This document shows, in pieces, positions 27,636 through 34,992 of a stretch of DNA of 47,257 bases. Source of the DNA: an uncultured Bacilli bacterium (GTDB lineage: Bacteria; Bacillota_I; Bacilli_A; RF39; UBA660); contig CALVQN010000002.1 in the NCBI GenBank assembly GCA_944358135.1, positions 1 through 47,257 of the forward strand. The letters are read 5' to 3'. The translations under genes and the position numbers were made by a program. The first letter of the stretch is position 1. Every line of letters begins with the position of its first letter. The notes under the pieces are model-generated. The model worked only from the letters and a program-made list of their open reading frames with translations. It was not told the DNA's origin and ran no database searches.

Positions 27636-27659
27636 TATTATAGTTAAAGGAGTGATTTT

Positions 27660-28451
27660 ATGCCAAAGATTGAAAAAGAAATAAAAGTACTTAATATAAA
27701 CGTTGATCAAGTACAAGATAAACTTAAAGAAATTGGAGCAAAAGCCAAAGGAAAAAAAGAACAAAAAATTTATGTTTATGACGTTCCAGCTTTATACTAT
27801 CGCTTTTTAGAAATAAGAGAATTAATTAACTCTTCTAATGGGTTACTGGTAGAAACAAATTTAAAGAAATTAGAAGTGTTATTATTAGAATACATTGATT
27901 TAGAAAACGAAGAAGAATTAGCCATAGAAAAAACTTTGCTTGGACTAAACGATTTGATGGATATATTAAAATTAGATATTGATAATATTAGAGAAATATT
28001 AAACAATCAAACGTTAGAGGCTAATATGAAGAAGTTTTTAATTAATCCTAATAAGTGGGTTAGACTTAGAAAAAGTAATGATAAAATTGAACTAACCACA
28101 AAACATATTCTCAATAAAAAGCATGGTGATTACCAGAACGTTTTGGAAACTGAAATTGAAGTATCTTCATTTGAAGAAGCAAATAACTTATTAGAAAGCA
28201 TTGGCATATGTAAAAGAAATTATCAAGAAAAAATAAGATATAGTTTCGTTTATAAGGATGCACAGATTGAAATAGATATTTGGCCTATGTTAGATCCATA
28301 TTTAGAAATTGAATGCGATAACAATAAAACTATCGAAGAAATTTTAGAAAAATTGAATTTAAAAGAAAATGAAATAGTTTCTACTAATACAGAGTCATTA
28401 TATAAAAGAAAAAATATTGATATTTTACAAATTTCTACATTAAAATTTTAG
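27660..28451 (+). CDS. CYTH-domain (triphosphate tunnel metalloenzyme; CyaB/ThTPase-like) protein with an internal insertion
   Basis: N-terminal ExExK (EKEIK). Later blocks: WVRLRK....ELT.KH, ETEIEV..FEEA...LE.IG, and K.R.SF......IEIDIWP.L.PYLEIE. About 75 extra residues lie between the first and second conserved blocks. Confidence 0.65.
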   Translation: MPKIEKEIKVLNINVDQVQDKLKEIGAKAKGKKEQKIYVYDVPALYYRFLEIRELINSSNGLLVETNLKKLEVLLLEYIDLENEEELAIEKTLLGLNDLMDILKLDIDNIREILNNQTLEANMKKFLINPNKWVRLRKSNDKIELTTKHILNKKHGDYQNVLETEIEVSSFEEANNLLESIGICKRNYQEKIRYSFVYKDAQIEIDIWPMLDPYLEIECDNNKTIEEILEKLNLKENEIVSTNTESLYKRKNIDILQISTLKF

Positions 28452-28459
28452 GGGGATTA

Positions 28460-29134
28460 ATGAAAAAGAAACAAACCATTTTATGCTCTAATGACGAGAA
28501 TATAAATAAATTGATAAGTACTTTGGCTAATAAAAAAGTTTTTAATCAACTTTTAGAAGTGTTAAGAAGTATAGGCACTTTTGATACAAAAATTGAGATT
28601 TTTAAAGACGAAAGTAATTTAGATGATGAAAAGATCAAAGTGTGGTGTTTTGATCAAAATAATAATATATTTGTTTTTTGCTTATTTTCAGATGCTAAGC
28701 AAGACTTCTTTAAAATTTCTGAAGAAAGAGATGATGGAGTCTCTGTTTACTATGACTTTTCTTTATCAAAAAATTATCCATTAAGTTCCAATAATATTAG
28801 TTTTATAAAATGTGAACACATTTACAATTTTAAGCATGGAAGATTAATAACTACTAGTGAAAATGATTATAACTTATTTATACAGAATGATAATATAATA
28901 AGCATCCATGTAGATCCCTTAGATCAGAAGTTGGATGTAGATATGCTTTTAAAAGGTTTAAATTCATGCGAAACAATCAATTTAAAAAATTATATCGAAA
29001 TAGTTAATTCAATAATTACATTTCATCATTTAAACATTAATTATATTAAAGTTAGTATAGTAAGTAAATTTCAAGTTGTTAATGAATTTAAGATAAACTT
29101 TGAACCAGTACATAAAGAGACGATCAATTTGTAA
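28460..29134 (+). CDS. Hypothetical protein, last gene of the viperin-associated operon
   Basis: 224 aa. RBS GGGGGA. No TM segment and no motif I can recognise. Confidence 0.5.
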   Translation: MKKKQTILCSNDENINKLISTLANKKVFNQLLEVLRSIGTFDTKIEIFKDESNLDDEKIKVWCFDQNNNIFVFCLFSDAKQDFFKISEERDDGVSVYYDFSLSKNYPLSSNNISFIKCEHIYNFKHGRLITTSENDYNLFIQNDNIISIHVDPLDQKLDVDMLLKGLNSCETINLKNYIEIVNSIITFHHLNINYIKVSIVSKFQVVNEFKINFEPVHKETINL

Positions 29135-29183
29135 ATTGTAAGTTTTTTGAAAACATAAAGTTAGATTTTTTAGATCATTTTGG

Positions 29184-29205
29184 TACACATTAATTGTGTA
29201 TTTTT
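29184..29205 (+). terminator. Rho-independent terminator candidate ending the operon
   Basis: TACACA-TTAAT-TGTGTA followed by TTTTT. Confidence 0.4.
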
Positions 29206-29394
29206 AATTTTAAAAATATAAAATCCTTTGTTAAAAAGTGCTTTTTTGTATTTTACAGAAATGCACATGGGAAAATCTGTGATACAGACAATTAGAAAAG
29301 ATAATATGTAATATATTAAATACTATAATGACACAAGAAAAAATTAAATACATTGGATAAAAAACGACTTATAAAAAACAAAACAAGACCTAAA

Positions 29395-29416
29395 TAAGGC
29401 GTAAATAAGGCGTAAA
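29395..29416 (+). repeat. Tandem TAAGGCGTAAA x2 near the right island end
   Basis: Exact 11-nt tandem duplication. The same 11-mer occurs at 16247-16257. Confidence 0.45.
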
Positions 29417-29433
29417 AACATTTTTAAAAAGCA

Positions 29434-29455
29434 AAAGCCTTTAAATAAAGGCTTT
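29434..29455 (-). terminator. Terminator hairpin downstream of tRNA-Thr (minus strand)
   Basis: AAAGCCTTT pairs with AAAGGCTTT around a 4-nt loop. On the minus strand it is followed by TGCTTTTT. Confidence 0.5.
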
Positions 29456-29465
29456 CAAAGACATA

Positions 29466-29539
29466 TGGTGCTGAATGACTGAATTGAACAGTCCTCTGAT
29501 GCTTACCATGCATCCGTTTTACCACTAAACTAAATCAGC
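29466..29539 (-). tRNA. tRNA-Thr (anticodon GGU)
   Basis: Hand-folded 74-nt cloverleaf: acceptor GCTGATT/ATTCAGC (one U-U mismatch at 6:67), D arm GTTT-AGTGGTA-AAAC, anticodon arm GATGC-AT GGT AA-GCATC, variable loop AGAG, T arm GACTG-TTCAATT-CAGTC, discriminator A, encoded CCA. Confidence 0.8.
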
Positions 29540-29547
29540 ATATCTAA

Positions 29548-29556
29548 ATTATAACA
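29548..29556 (-). promoter_or_regulatory. Extended -10 promoter for tRNA-Thr
   Basis: The minus strand reads TGTTATAAT, ending 8 nt upstream of the mature tRNA 5' end. Confidence 0.4.
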
Positions 29557-29582
29557 AATATATAGTTTTCATGCAATATCTA

Positions 29583-29591
29583 TGTTATAAT
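29583..29591 (+). promoter_or_regulatory. Extended -10 promoter candidate for uppS
   Basis: TGTTATAAT lies about 22 nt upstream of the GTG start. The -35 is weak. Confidence 0.3.
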
Positions 29592-29613
29592 TTATGCGAA
29601 AGGATGTGTTTTC

Positions 29614-30324
29614 GTGAATGTACCAAAGCATGTAGCAATTATTATGGATGGTAATGGTAGATGGGCAGAAAAACGCGGTTTAAAAAGAAGTATGGGTCAT
29701 TTAGAGGGAAGTAAGACTCTAGAAAAATTAGCTATTCATGCAATAGATATGGGAGTAAGTATTTTAAGTGTTTATGCTTTTTCAACAGATAATTTTAAAA
29801 GAGATGAAGAAGAAGTTAAATATTTAATGGATCTTGTGGTAAAATATTTTAATACCAAATTTGAAAAAATAAATAAAAAAGGAGTAAGAGTTATAGTTTC
29901 TGGTCGTAAAGAAAACTTAAGAAGTGATGTAGTTGAAGCAATAAATAATATTGAAGAAAAAACGAAAAATAATACTGCAGGAATTCTAAATATATGCCTA
30001 AATTATGGTGGCCAAGAAGAGATTATTGATGGAGCAATAAAACTTGCGGAAGATATCAAAAATGGTTTAGACGTAAGAAATTTTAAAAGAGAAGATTTTT
30101 ATTCTTATTTATATCATAGCCTTCCACCAATTGATTTACTAATTCGTACAGGAGGGGAATTAAGAGTAAGTAATTTTATGTTATACCAAATGAGTTATAG
30201 TGAATTTTACTTTACCAATACTCTTTTTCCTGACTTCGATAAATCAGAATTTAACAAAGCAATATTTATGTATGAAAATAGAGACAGAAGGTTTGGCGGA
30301 ATAAATGAGAAAAAGAGTAGTTAA
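29614..30324 (+). CDS. uppS: Undecaprenyl-diphosphate synthase (cis-isoprenyl transferase)
   Basis: HVAIIMDGNGRWA, AFSTDNFKR, LIRTGGE.R.SNF..YQ..YSE.YF and DF motifs. Confidence 0.9.
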   Translation: MNVPKHVAIIMDGNGRWAEKRGLKRSMGHLEGSKTLEKLAIHAIDMGVSILSVYAFSTDNFKRDEEEVKYLMDLVVKYFNTKFEKINKKGVRVIVSGRKENLRSDVVEAINNIEEKTKNNTAGILNICLNYGGQEEIIDGAIKLAEDIKNGLDVRNFKREDFYSYLYHSLPPIDLLIRTGGELRVSNFMLYQMSYSEFYFTNTLFPDFDKSEFNKAIFMYENRDRRFGGINEKKSS

Positions 30325-30760
30325 CTTCTTTGATGAGCATCGAGTAGTTCTCATTTTTCTGATTCTGATTCTGATTGTTATAATCTTTCTAAGTATAAAT
30401 TCATATCTATTTTTTCATCATGAATTTGAGTCTTTAACTTGTACAGAAGAAATAGATGATGAATATTGTTATCATAATGATATAAAGATATTTGTTAATC
30501 CAGAAAAGAGTAAAGAAGATTTTTTTACAAGATATGATGATGAAATAGAAAAATTAATAGATGATTATCATTTAGACGAATTTGACTTTTATACAGCATA
30601 TTACTATTTAGTTGCATCCAGACTAAATTATGATATCAATAGTGAATATAAAATATTACAAGATTTTTTTGAAACTTATGTAAATACTTATAATTTAGAA
30701 GAATTTTATATGGAAAATAATTTCTATTTTAATTTATTTTATCGCTACAAAATCAATTAA
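30305..30760 (+). CDS. Hypothetical single-pass membrane protein
   Basis: 151 aa with a TM helix at residues about 14-35. It overlaps the end of uppS. No recognisable domain. Confidence 0.5.
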   Translation: MRKRVVNFFDEHRVVLIFLILILIVIIFLSINSYLFFHHEFESLTCTEEIDDEYCYHNDIKIFVNPEKSKEDFFTRYDDEIEKLIDDYHLDEFDFYTAYYYLVASRLNYDINSEYKILQDFFETYVNTYNLEEFYMENNFYFNLFYRYKIN

Positions 30761-30822
30761 TCTCTTTTCCTTTTCTATGATTTGTAGTATAATACTTTTA
30801 GTTTATGTACGGGAGGGAAACT

Positions 30823-33123
30823 ATGAAATTTAAAATATCACCAAAAGACTTTTTAATGTTTTGTTTATATTGCATTTTATTATTATATTTATGTGCTATC
30901 GCTGTTTTAAATTTCTCATCTTTTATCAATGAAGGTGAATTTTATGGATTACTTCCCTTTGAAGCTTTTACAGGAGAATACATAGGCCTTACATTATTCA
31001 TGTTTGTTGTCGCTTTAATTCTTATTTTTACTAGTGTATCTTCTTATATTTTTAATAAAGAAAAAGGAAAAGGTTTTGGTCTAAAATTTGGGGAAAAGCA
31101 AGAAAGTGGTTATGCTAGATGGGCAACAGATAAAGAGATTAAAAATGATACAAATATTGAACGTGTTGATCCAAAAGCAGATACTTTAAATGCCGCAGGT
31201 ATCCCTTTAATTAATAATGGCAAAGAAATATGGGTTGATAATGGCGAATATCATAACTTAGTAATAGGTTCAACTGGTTCAGGTAAAACACAAACCATAG
31301 TTAAACCAATGGTAAACCTTCTTGCCAAAAAAGGAGAATCAATGATTATCACTGACCCTAAAGGTGAGATTTATAAATATGCAGCATCTGCTCTAAAAGA
31401 GCGTGGATATAAAATCATTGTCTTAAACTTCAGAGAACCAGCTCATGGTAACGCTTGGAATCCGTTAACGCTACCTTACAGATATTACAAAGAGGGAAAT
31501 ACTGATAAATCAACAGAATTACTAGATGACGTAGCCCTAAATATTTTATATGACCAATCAAAGAAAAGTAATGACTCTGATTTCTGGGAAAAAAGTGCAG
31601 CTGATTATTTCTCAGGTTTAGCTTTAGGCTTATTTTATGATGCCAATGAAAAAGAAGTAAACTTAAATAGTATTAATTATATGTCAAGTGTAGGGGAAGA
31701 ACGTTATGCAACTAGTAATTATATTAAGGAATACTTTAATTTAAAAGGACCAGAATCAAGCCCATACATCTTCGCTTCTAATACAATAAATGCTCCAAAT
31801 GAAACAAAGGGTGGTATTTTATCTACATTTAGACAAAAAATTCGTCTTTTCTCATCAAGAGAAAGTTTAAGTGAAATGCTAGCTTACAGTGATTTTAACA
31901 TGCAAGATATTGGAAGAGAAAAAACAGCAGTATTCATGATTATTCATGACGAAAAGAAAACATATCACTCATTAATGACAATATTTATTAAGCAATGTTA
32001 TGAAACTTTAATTGATGTTGCTCAAGAAAATGGGGGAAAACTACCATTTAGAACAAACTTTATATTAGATGAATTTGCCAATATGCCACCACTTAAAGAT
32101 GTAGACTCTATGGTTAGTGCAGCCCGTTCAAGAGACATCAGATTTACCTTTATTATTCAAAACTTTGCGCAGTTAAATGATGTATATGGTAAAGAAGTAG
32201 CAGAGATTATCAAAGGAAACTGTGGTAACTTAGTATACTTAATTTCAACAGAATTAGCAGCTTTAGAAGAAATATCAAAAATGTGTGGAGAGGTAAAATC
32301 AAAAGAAAAAGACAAAACGGCCTCAACACCACTTGTAACAGTATCTGACTTACAAAAATTAAAACTATTTCAAGCGATCATTATTCGTTTACGTATGAAT
32401 CCATTCAAAACTAAATTAGAACCTGACTTTAAAATGGATTGGGGAATAAAACGTGAAGAAGCTGAATACCCAAATAGAGAAATAAAGAAAATAGAATTAT
32501 TTGATTTAAAGAAATTTGTTACTGAAGAAAAGAGAAAACAGATGATGAGCAATCTTGAAAATAGTGGTAAAGAGCCAAGTCCATTTAGTAATAATTTTGG
32601 GAATCCTTTTACTTCTGGAGGCATGATGAATCCATTTGGCAATACTAAACCAAATGAATCTTTATTTAATACAGGAAGTCCATTAGGAGTTACACCATCT
32701 TCCCAAAACTCTTCACCATTTAGTTCAAATCCAATGTTTAACAAACCAATGAGTAGTTTATCAGATATGGATATCGACCAAATGATGAAAGATATTGATC
32801 GAAGATTAAAAGAATTAGATGAAGAAGAAGAAAGACAAAAGAAAGAGATGGAAAAAGCGAATACTATAGGAAAACCTACAGAACAAATTATAGAAAGTCC
32901 AAAAGAAGAAGCACCAATTGAAACATTAAATACACCAAGTAATATTCAAGAAACCAAAATTGAAGAATTACCAAAAGAAACTGAATCAGAAGTAAAAACA
33001 ACTCCAGCATCCCCAATAAACAAAGAAAATAAACCCAAAATAAATGTAGATGCTGATAGTATTATTGTCAATGACAGTGGAATCACAGATGATGAATTCT
33101 TTGATGATTTCTTTGGAGAATGA
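30823..33123 (+). CDS. Type IV secretion coupling protein (VirD4/TraG/TcpA-like ATPase) with a long low-complexity C-terminal tail
   Basis: ATG at 30823 after GGGAGGGA. Two N-terminal TM helices, Walker A GSTGSGKTQT and Walker B FILDEFANM. The C-terminal region of about 195 aa is N/P/S/E-rich and ends DDEFFDDFFGE. Confidence 0.8.
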   Translation: MKFKISPKDFLMFCLYCILLLYLCAIAVLNFSSFINEGEFYGLLPFEAFTGEYIGLTLFMFVVALILIFTSVSSYIFNKEKGKGFGLKFGEKQESGYARWATDKEIKNDTNIERVDPKADTLNAAGIPLINNGKEIWVDNGEYHNLVIGSTGSGKTQTIVKPMVNLLAKKGESMIITDPKGEIYKYAASALKERGYKIIVLNFREPAHGNAWNPLTLPYRYYKEGNTDKSTELLDDVALNILYDQSKKSNDSDFWEKSAADYFSGLALGLFYDANEKEVNLNSINYMSSVGEERYATSNYIKEYFNLKGPESSPYIFASNTINAPNETKGGILSTFRQKIRLFSSRESLSEMLAYSDFNMQDIGREKTAVFMIIHDEKKTYHSLMTIFIKQCYETLIDVAQENGGKLPFRTNFILDEFANMPPLKDVDSMVSAARSRDIRFTFIIQNFAQLNDVYGKEVAEIIKGNCGNLVYLISTELAALEEISKMCGEVKSKEKDKTASTPLVTVSDLQKLKLFQAIIIRLRMNPFKTKLEPDFKMDWGIKREEAEYPNREIKKIELFDLKKFVTEEKRKQMMSNLENSGKEPSPFSNNFGNPFTSGGMMNPFGNTKPNESLFNTGSPLGVTPSSQNSSPFSSNPMFNKPMSSLSDMDIDQMMKDIDRRLKELDEEEERQKKEMEKANTIGKPTEQIIESPKEEAPIETLNTPSNIQETKIEELPKETESEVKTTPASPINKENKPKINVDADSIIVNDSGITDDEFFDDFFGE

Positions 33124-33202
33124 GCATAGCTAAGCTATCGCTTTTTCTTTACTTTCTTTAATAGAAGTGATATGATAAAGCTATAAAAGAAAGGAATATT
33201 TT

Positions 33203-33664
33203 ATGAACGAAAAGAAATATGAAGTAGGATATGATATGATGGGTCAAAAAATTATAATTGATGAACAAAATAATTTTATTACTCATATTCCTGATGACCT
33301 ATCGCCTAGAGAAGTAATAGAAAAATTAGAAGCAAAAGAAAGCATCCATTATAAAAGACAAAGCCAAAAGACAGAAAGCATTCCTGTAGAAGTAGCACCA
33401 AAAGAAATGTGGCCATTATTTTATGCTTGGAACCAAAATTGTCTTTCAAACACAGATGATATAAGAACATTTGATGAATTTGCTAGTGAGTTTACTGAAG
33501 CTAATTTAACTACAGAACAAGAATGGGAAATTATCCATTATTGGCAAAATTATATGGCTAGTCCTGAAGCAATGAAAATTAGTCTAGAAGAATTTAGAAA
33601 AAAATGTTTAAAAAATATTTATAAAACCAATCCAGAAGAATCTAAAGGAACACTAAAAAGATAA
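33203..33664 (+). CDS. Hypothetical protein
   Basis: 153 aa, soluble. RBS AAAGGA. No recognisable motif. Confidence 0.5.
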   Translation: MNEKKYEVGYDMMGQKIIIDEQNNFITHIPDDLSPREVIEKLEAKESIHYKRQSQKTESIPVEVAPKEMWPLFYAWNQNCLSNTDDIRTFDEFASEFTEANLTTEQEWEIIHYWQNYMASPEAMKISLEEFRKKCLKNIYKTNPEESKGTLKR

Positions 33665-33732
33665 AAAATAAGAAAATAAGGCTTTTTCATTAAGTCTTAT
33701 TTTTTATATCACATAAAATACATTGTGATAAT

Positions 33733-33990
33733 ATGAAAAGATTAAATATAAAAGATTATTACAAAAACATGGGTACATTAATAGATATTCAACATCCTCT
33801 AGATTATGCTACCTTTCACCACCCTGATAGCATTAACATCCCTTACGAAAAATTAATGCTGAATTATAAAACTTTATTAGATAAAAACAAAAAATATTTT
33901 ATTGTCTGCAACAAAGGAACCAAATCTCGAAAAGCAGTTAGTATATTAGAGTATTATGGATACGATGTTACCCAAATGAGCTATGAATAA
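33733..33990 (+). CDS. Single-domain rhodanese-like sulfurtransferase
   Basis: 85 aa. DIQ....Y...H...SINIP, then the active-site loop CNKGTKSR. Confidence 0.65.
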   Translation: MKRLNIKDYYKNMGTLIDIQHPLDYATFHHPDSINIPYEKLMLNYKTLLDKNKKYFIVCNKGTKSRKAVSILEYYGYDVTQMSYE

Positions 33991-34020
33991 ATTGATACTG
34001 TAAAAAAGTATCAATTTTTT
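33991..34020 (+). terminator. Rho-independent terminator
   Basis: ATTGATACT (33991-33999) pairs with AGTATCAAT (34007-34015), followed by TTTTTT. Confidence 0.7.
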
Positions 34021-34021
34021 C

Positions 34022-34050
34022 TTGCAAAGTATATATTTTCGTGGTATATT
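34022..34050 (+). promoter_or_regulatory. SigA-type promoter of the ABC/GntR operon
   Basis: TTGCAA (34022-34027), a 17-nt spacer, then TATATT (34045-34050). Confidence 0.5.
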
Positions 34051-34054
34051 ATAA

Positions 34055-34077
34055 TTGTATTAGTACATATAATACAA
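34055..34077 (+). promoter_or_regulatory. Palindromic operator, probable site for the YtrA-type GntR regulator encoded at 36915
   Basis: TTGTATTA-GTACATA-TAATACAA has perfect 8-nt arms with the GT..AC core typical of GntR operators. It lies immediately downstream of the -10. Confidence 0.45.
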
Positions 34078-34092
34078 TTAAGGAGAGAGAAT

Positions 34093-34992
34093 ATGATTGA
34101 AATTAAGAATTTATCTAAAAGTTTCAACAACAAAGATTATGTTTTAGAAAACCTGAATTGTAAAATTAATGATAATGCAATTTATGGTTTAGTGGGAGCC
34201 AATGGAGCTGGCAAATCAACATTATTAAGATTAATTAATAGTATTTATTTGCAAGATGAAGGAACAATTTTAATAGACAATGAAAATGTTTATGACAACG
34301 AAAAATTAAAGCAAGAGATGGTTTTTGTTCCCGATGATTTATATTTTTATCCAGCCTACACCCTTATGGATATGGCCGAGTACTACAAATCTTTATATCA
34401 AAATTTTGATATGAAATATGTAATAAATACGGCAAGTACTTTAAAATTAAATCCCAATGCCAAGATAAGCAGTTTTTCCAAAGGAATGAAAAGACAGTGT
34501 GCTCTTATTTGTGCTTTAGCTAGCAATGCTAAATATATGTTCTTTGATGAAACTTTTGACGGCTTAGATCCCGTAGTAAGAAAGTATTTTAAAAAACTTT
34601 TGTCAGAAGCGATGAGTAAAAAAGACACAACAATTATTATGACTTCTCATAATTTGCGAGAATTGGAAGATATTTGTGACAATCTAGGATTATTATATAA
34701 AGGAAATATTCTATTTGAAAGTGATATTGATTCATTGAAAACAAATATGTTTAAAGTTCAAATATCCTTAAAAGAAGATTTTAATAAATCAACATTCAAG
34801 AAACTAAAAATTCTATCTTATAAAAAAGTGGGAAGTGTAGCCACTCTAATCATTGATGAAGAAGGGCGAGATTCTAGAAAATATTTAGAAAGTTTAAATC
34901 CAATTATTTTAGATTATTTACCTCTTACTTTAGAAGAAGTATTTATTTATCAAATGGAGGCGTTAGGTTATGAATTTGAAAGCGTTCTTTAA
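34093..34992 (+). CDS. ABC transporter ATP-binding protein
   Basis: Walker A GANGAGKST, signature FSKGMKRQ, Walker B MFFDETFDGLD and an H-loop. Confidence 0.9.
   Translation: MIEIKNLSKSFNNKDYVLENLNCKINDNAIYGLVGANGAGKSTLLRLINSIYLQDEGTILIDNENVYDNEKLKQEMVFVPDDLYFYPAYTLMDMAEYYKSLYQNFDMKYVINTASTLKLNPNAKISSFSKGMKRQCALICALASNAKYMFFDETFDGLDPVVRKYFKKLLSEAMSKKDTTIIMTSHNLRELEDICDNLGLLYKGNILFESDIDSLKTNMFKVQISLKEDFNKSTFKKLKILSYKKVGSVATLIIDEEGRDSRKYLESLNPIILDYLPLTLEEVFIYQMEALGYEFESVL

Larger units (their letters stand above)
16115..29481. mobile_element. Putative tRNA-Thr-associated genomic island (about 13.4 kb), with no integrase visible
   Basis: It is bounded by a 17-nt exact direct repeat, one copy of which is the 3' end of an intact tRNA. 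TAAGGCGTAAA repeats lie near both ends. The cargo is accessory-type. An ancestral-looking terminator lies next to the remnant copy. Confidence 0.5.

Noticed and set aside
27526-27659. A possible RiPP precursor peptide, or a lost gene start, in the gap after the second radical SAM gene. The gap contains TTAGGAGGCTT, identical to the RBS of the methyltransferase gene at 25149-25159.
   Set aside because: No ATG, GTG or TTG lies at a usable distance after the Shine-Dalgarno-like sequence. The only ORF through it is 7 codons (MYELGGF). I treat it as coincidence or a relic, not a gene.
16132-29465. Search for an integrase, recombinase, excisionase or transposase inside the tRNA-flanked island.
   Set aside because: None of the ORFs of 60 aa or more shows tyrosine- or serine-recombinase or DDE motifs. 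The non-coding ends (16132-16444 and 29135-29465) contain only very short ORFs. The island is therefore reported as integrase-less, not as an intact mobile element.
29466-29539. The U-U mismatch at acceptor positions 6:67 of tRNA-Thr, considered as evidence of a pseudo-tRNA.
   Set aside because: All other arms fold canonically, U33 and A37 are present, CCA is encoded, and the gene has its own promoter and terminator. A single acceptor mismatch is tolerated in real tRNAs. It is kept as a tRNA with slightly reduced confidence.
30805-30822. The upstream ATG (30805) as the start of the coupling-protein gene.
   Set aside because: The GGGAGGGA RBS lies between the two ATGs and serves the one at 30823. 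A TATAAT at about 30788 would leave almost no leader for the first ATG.
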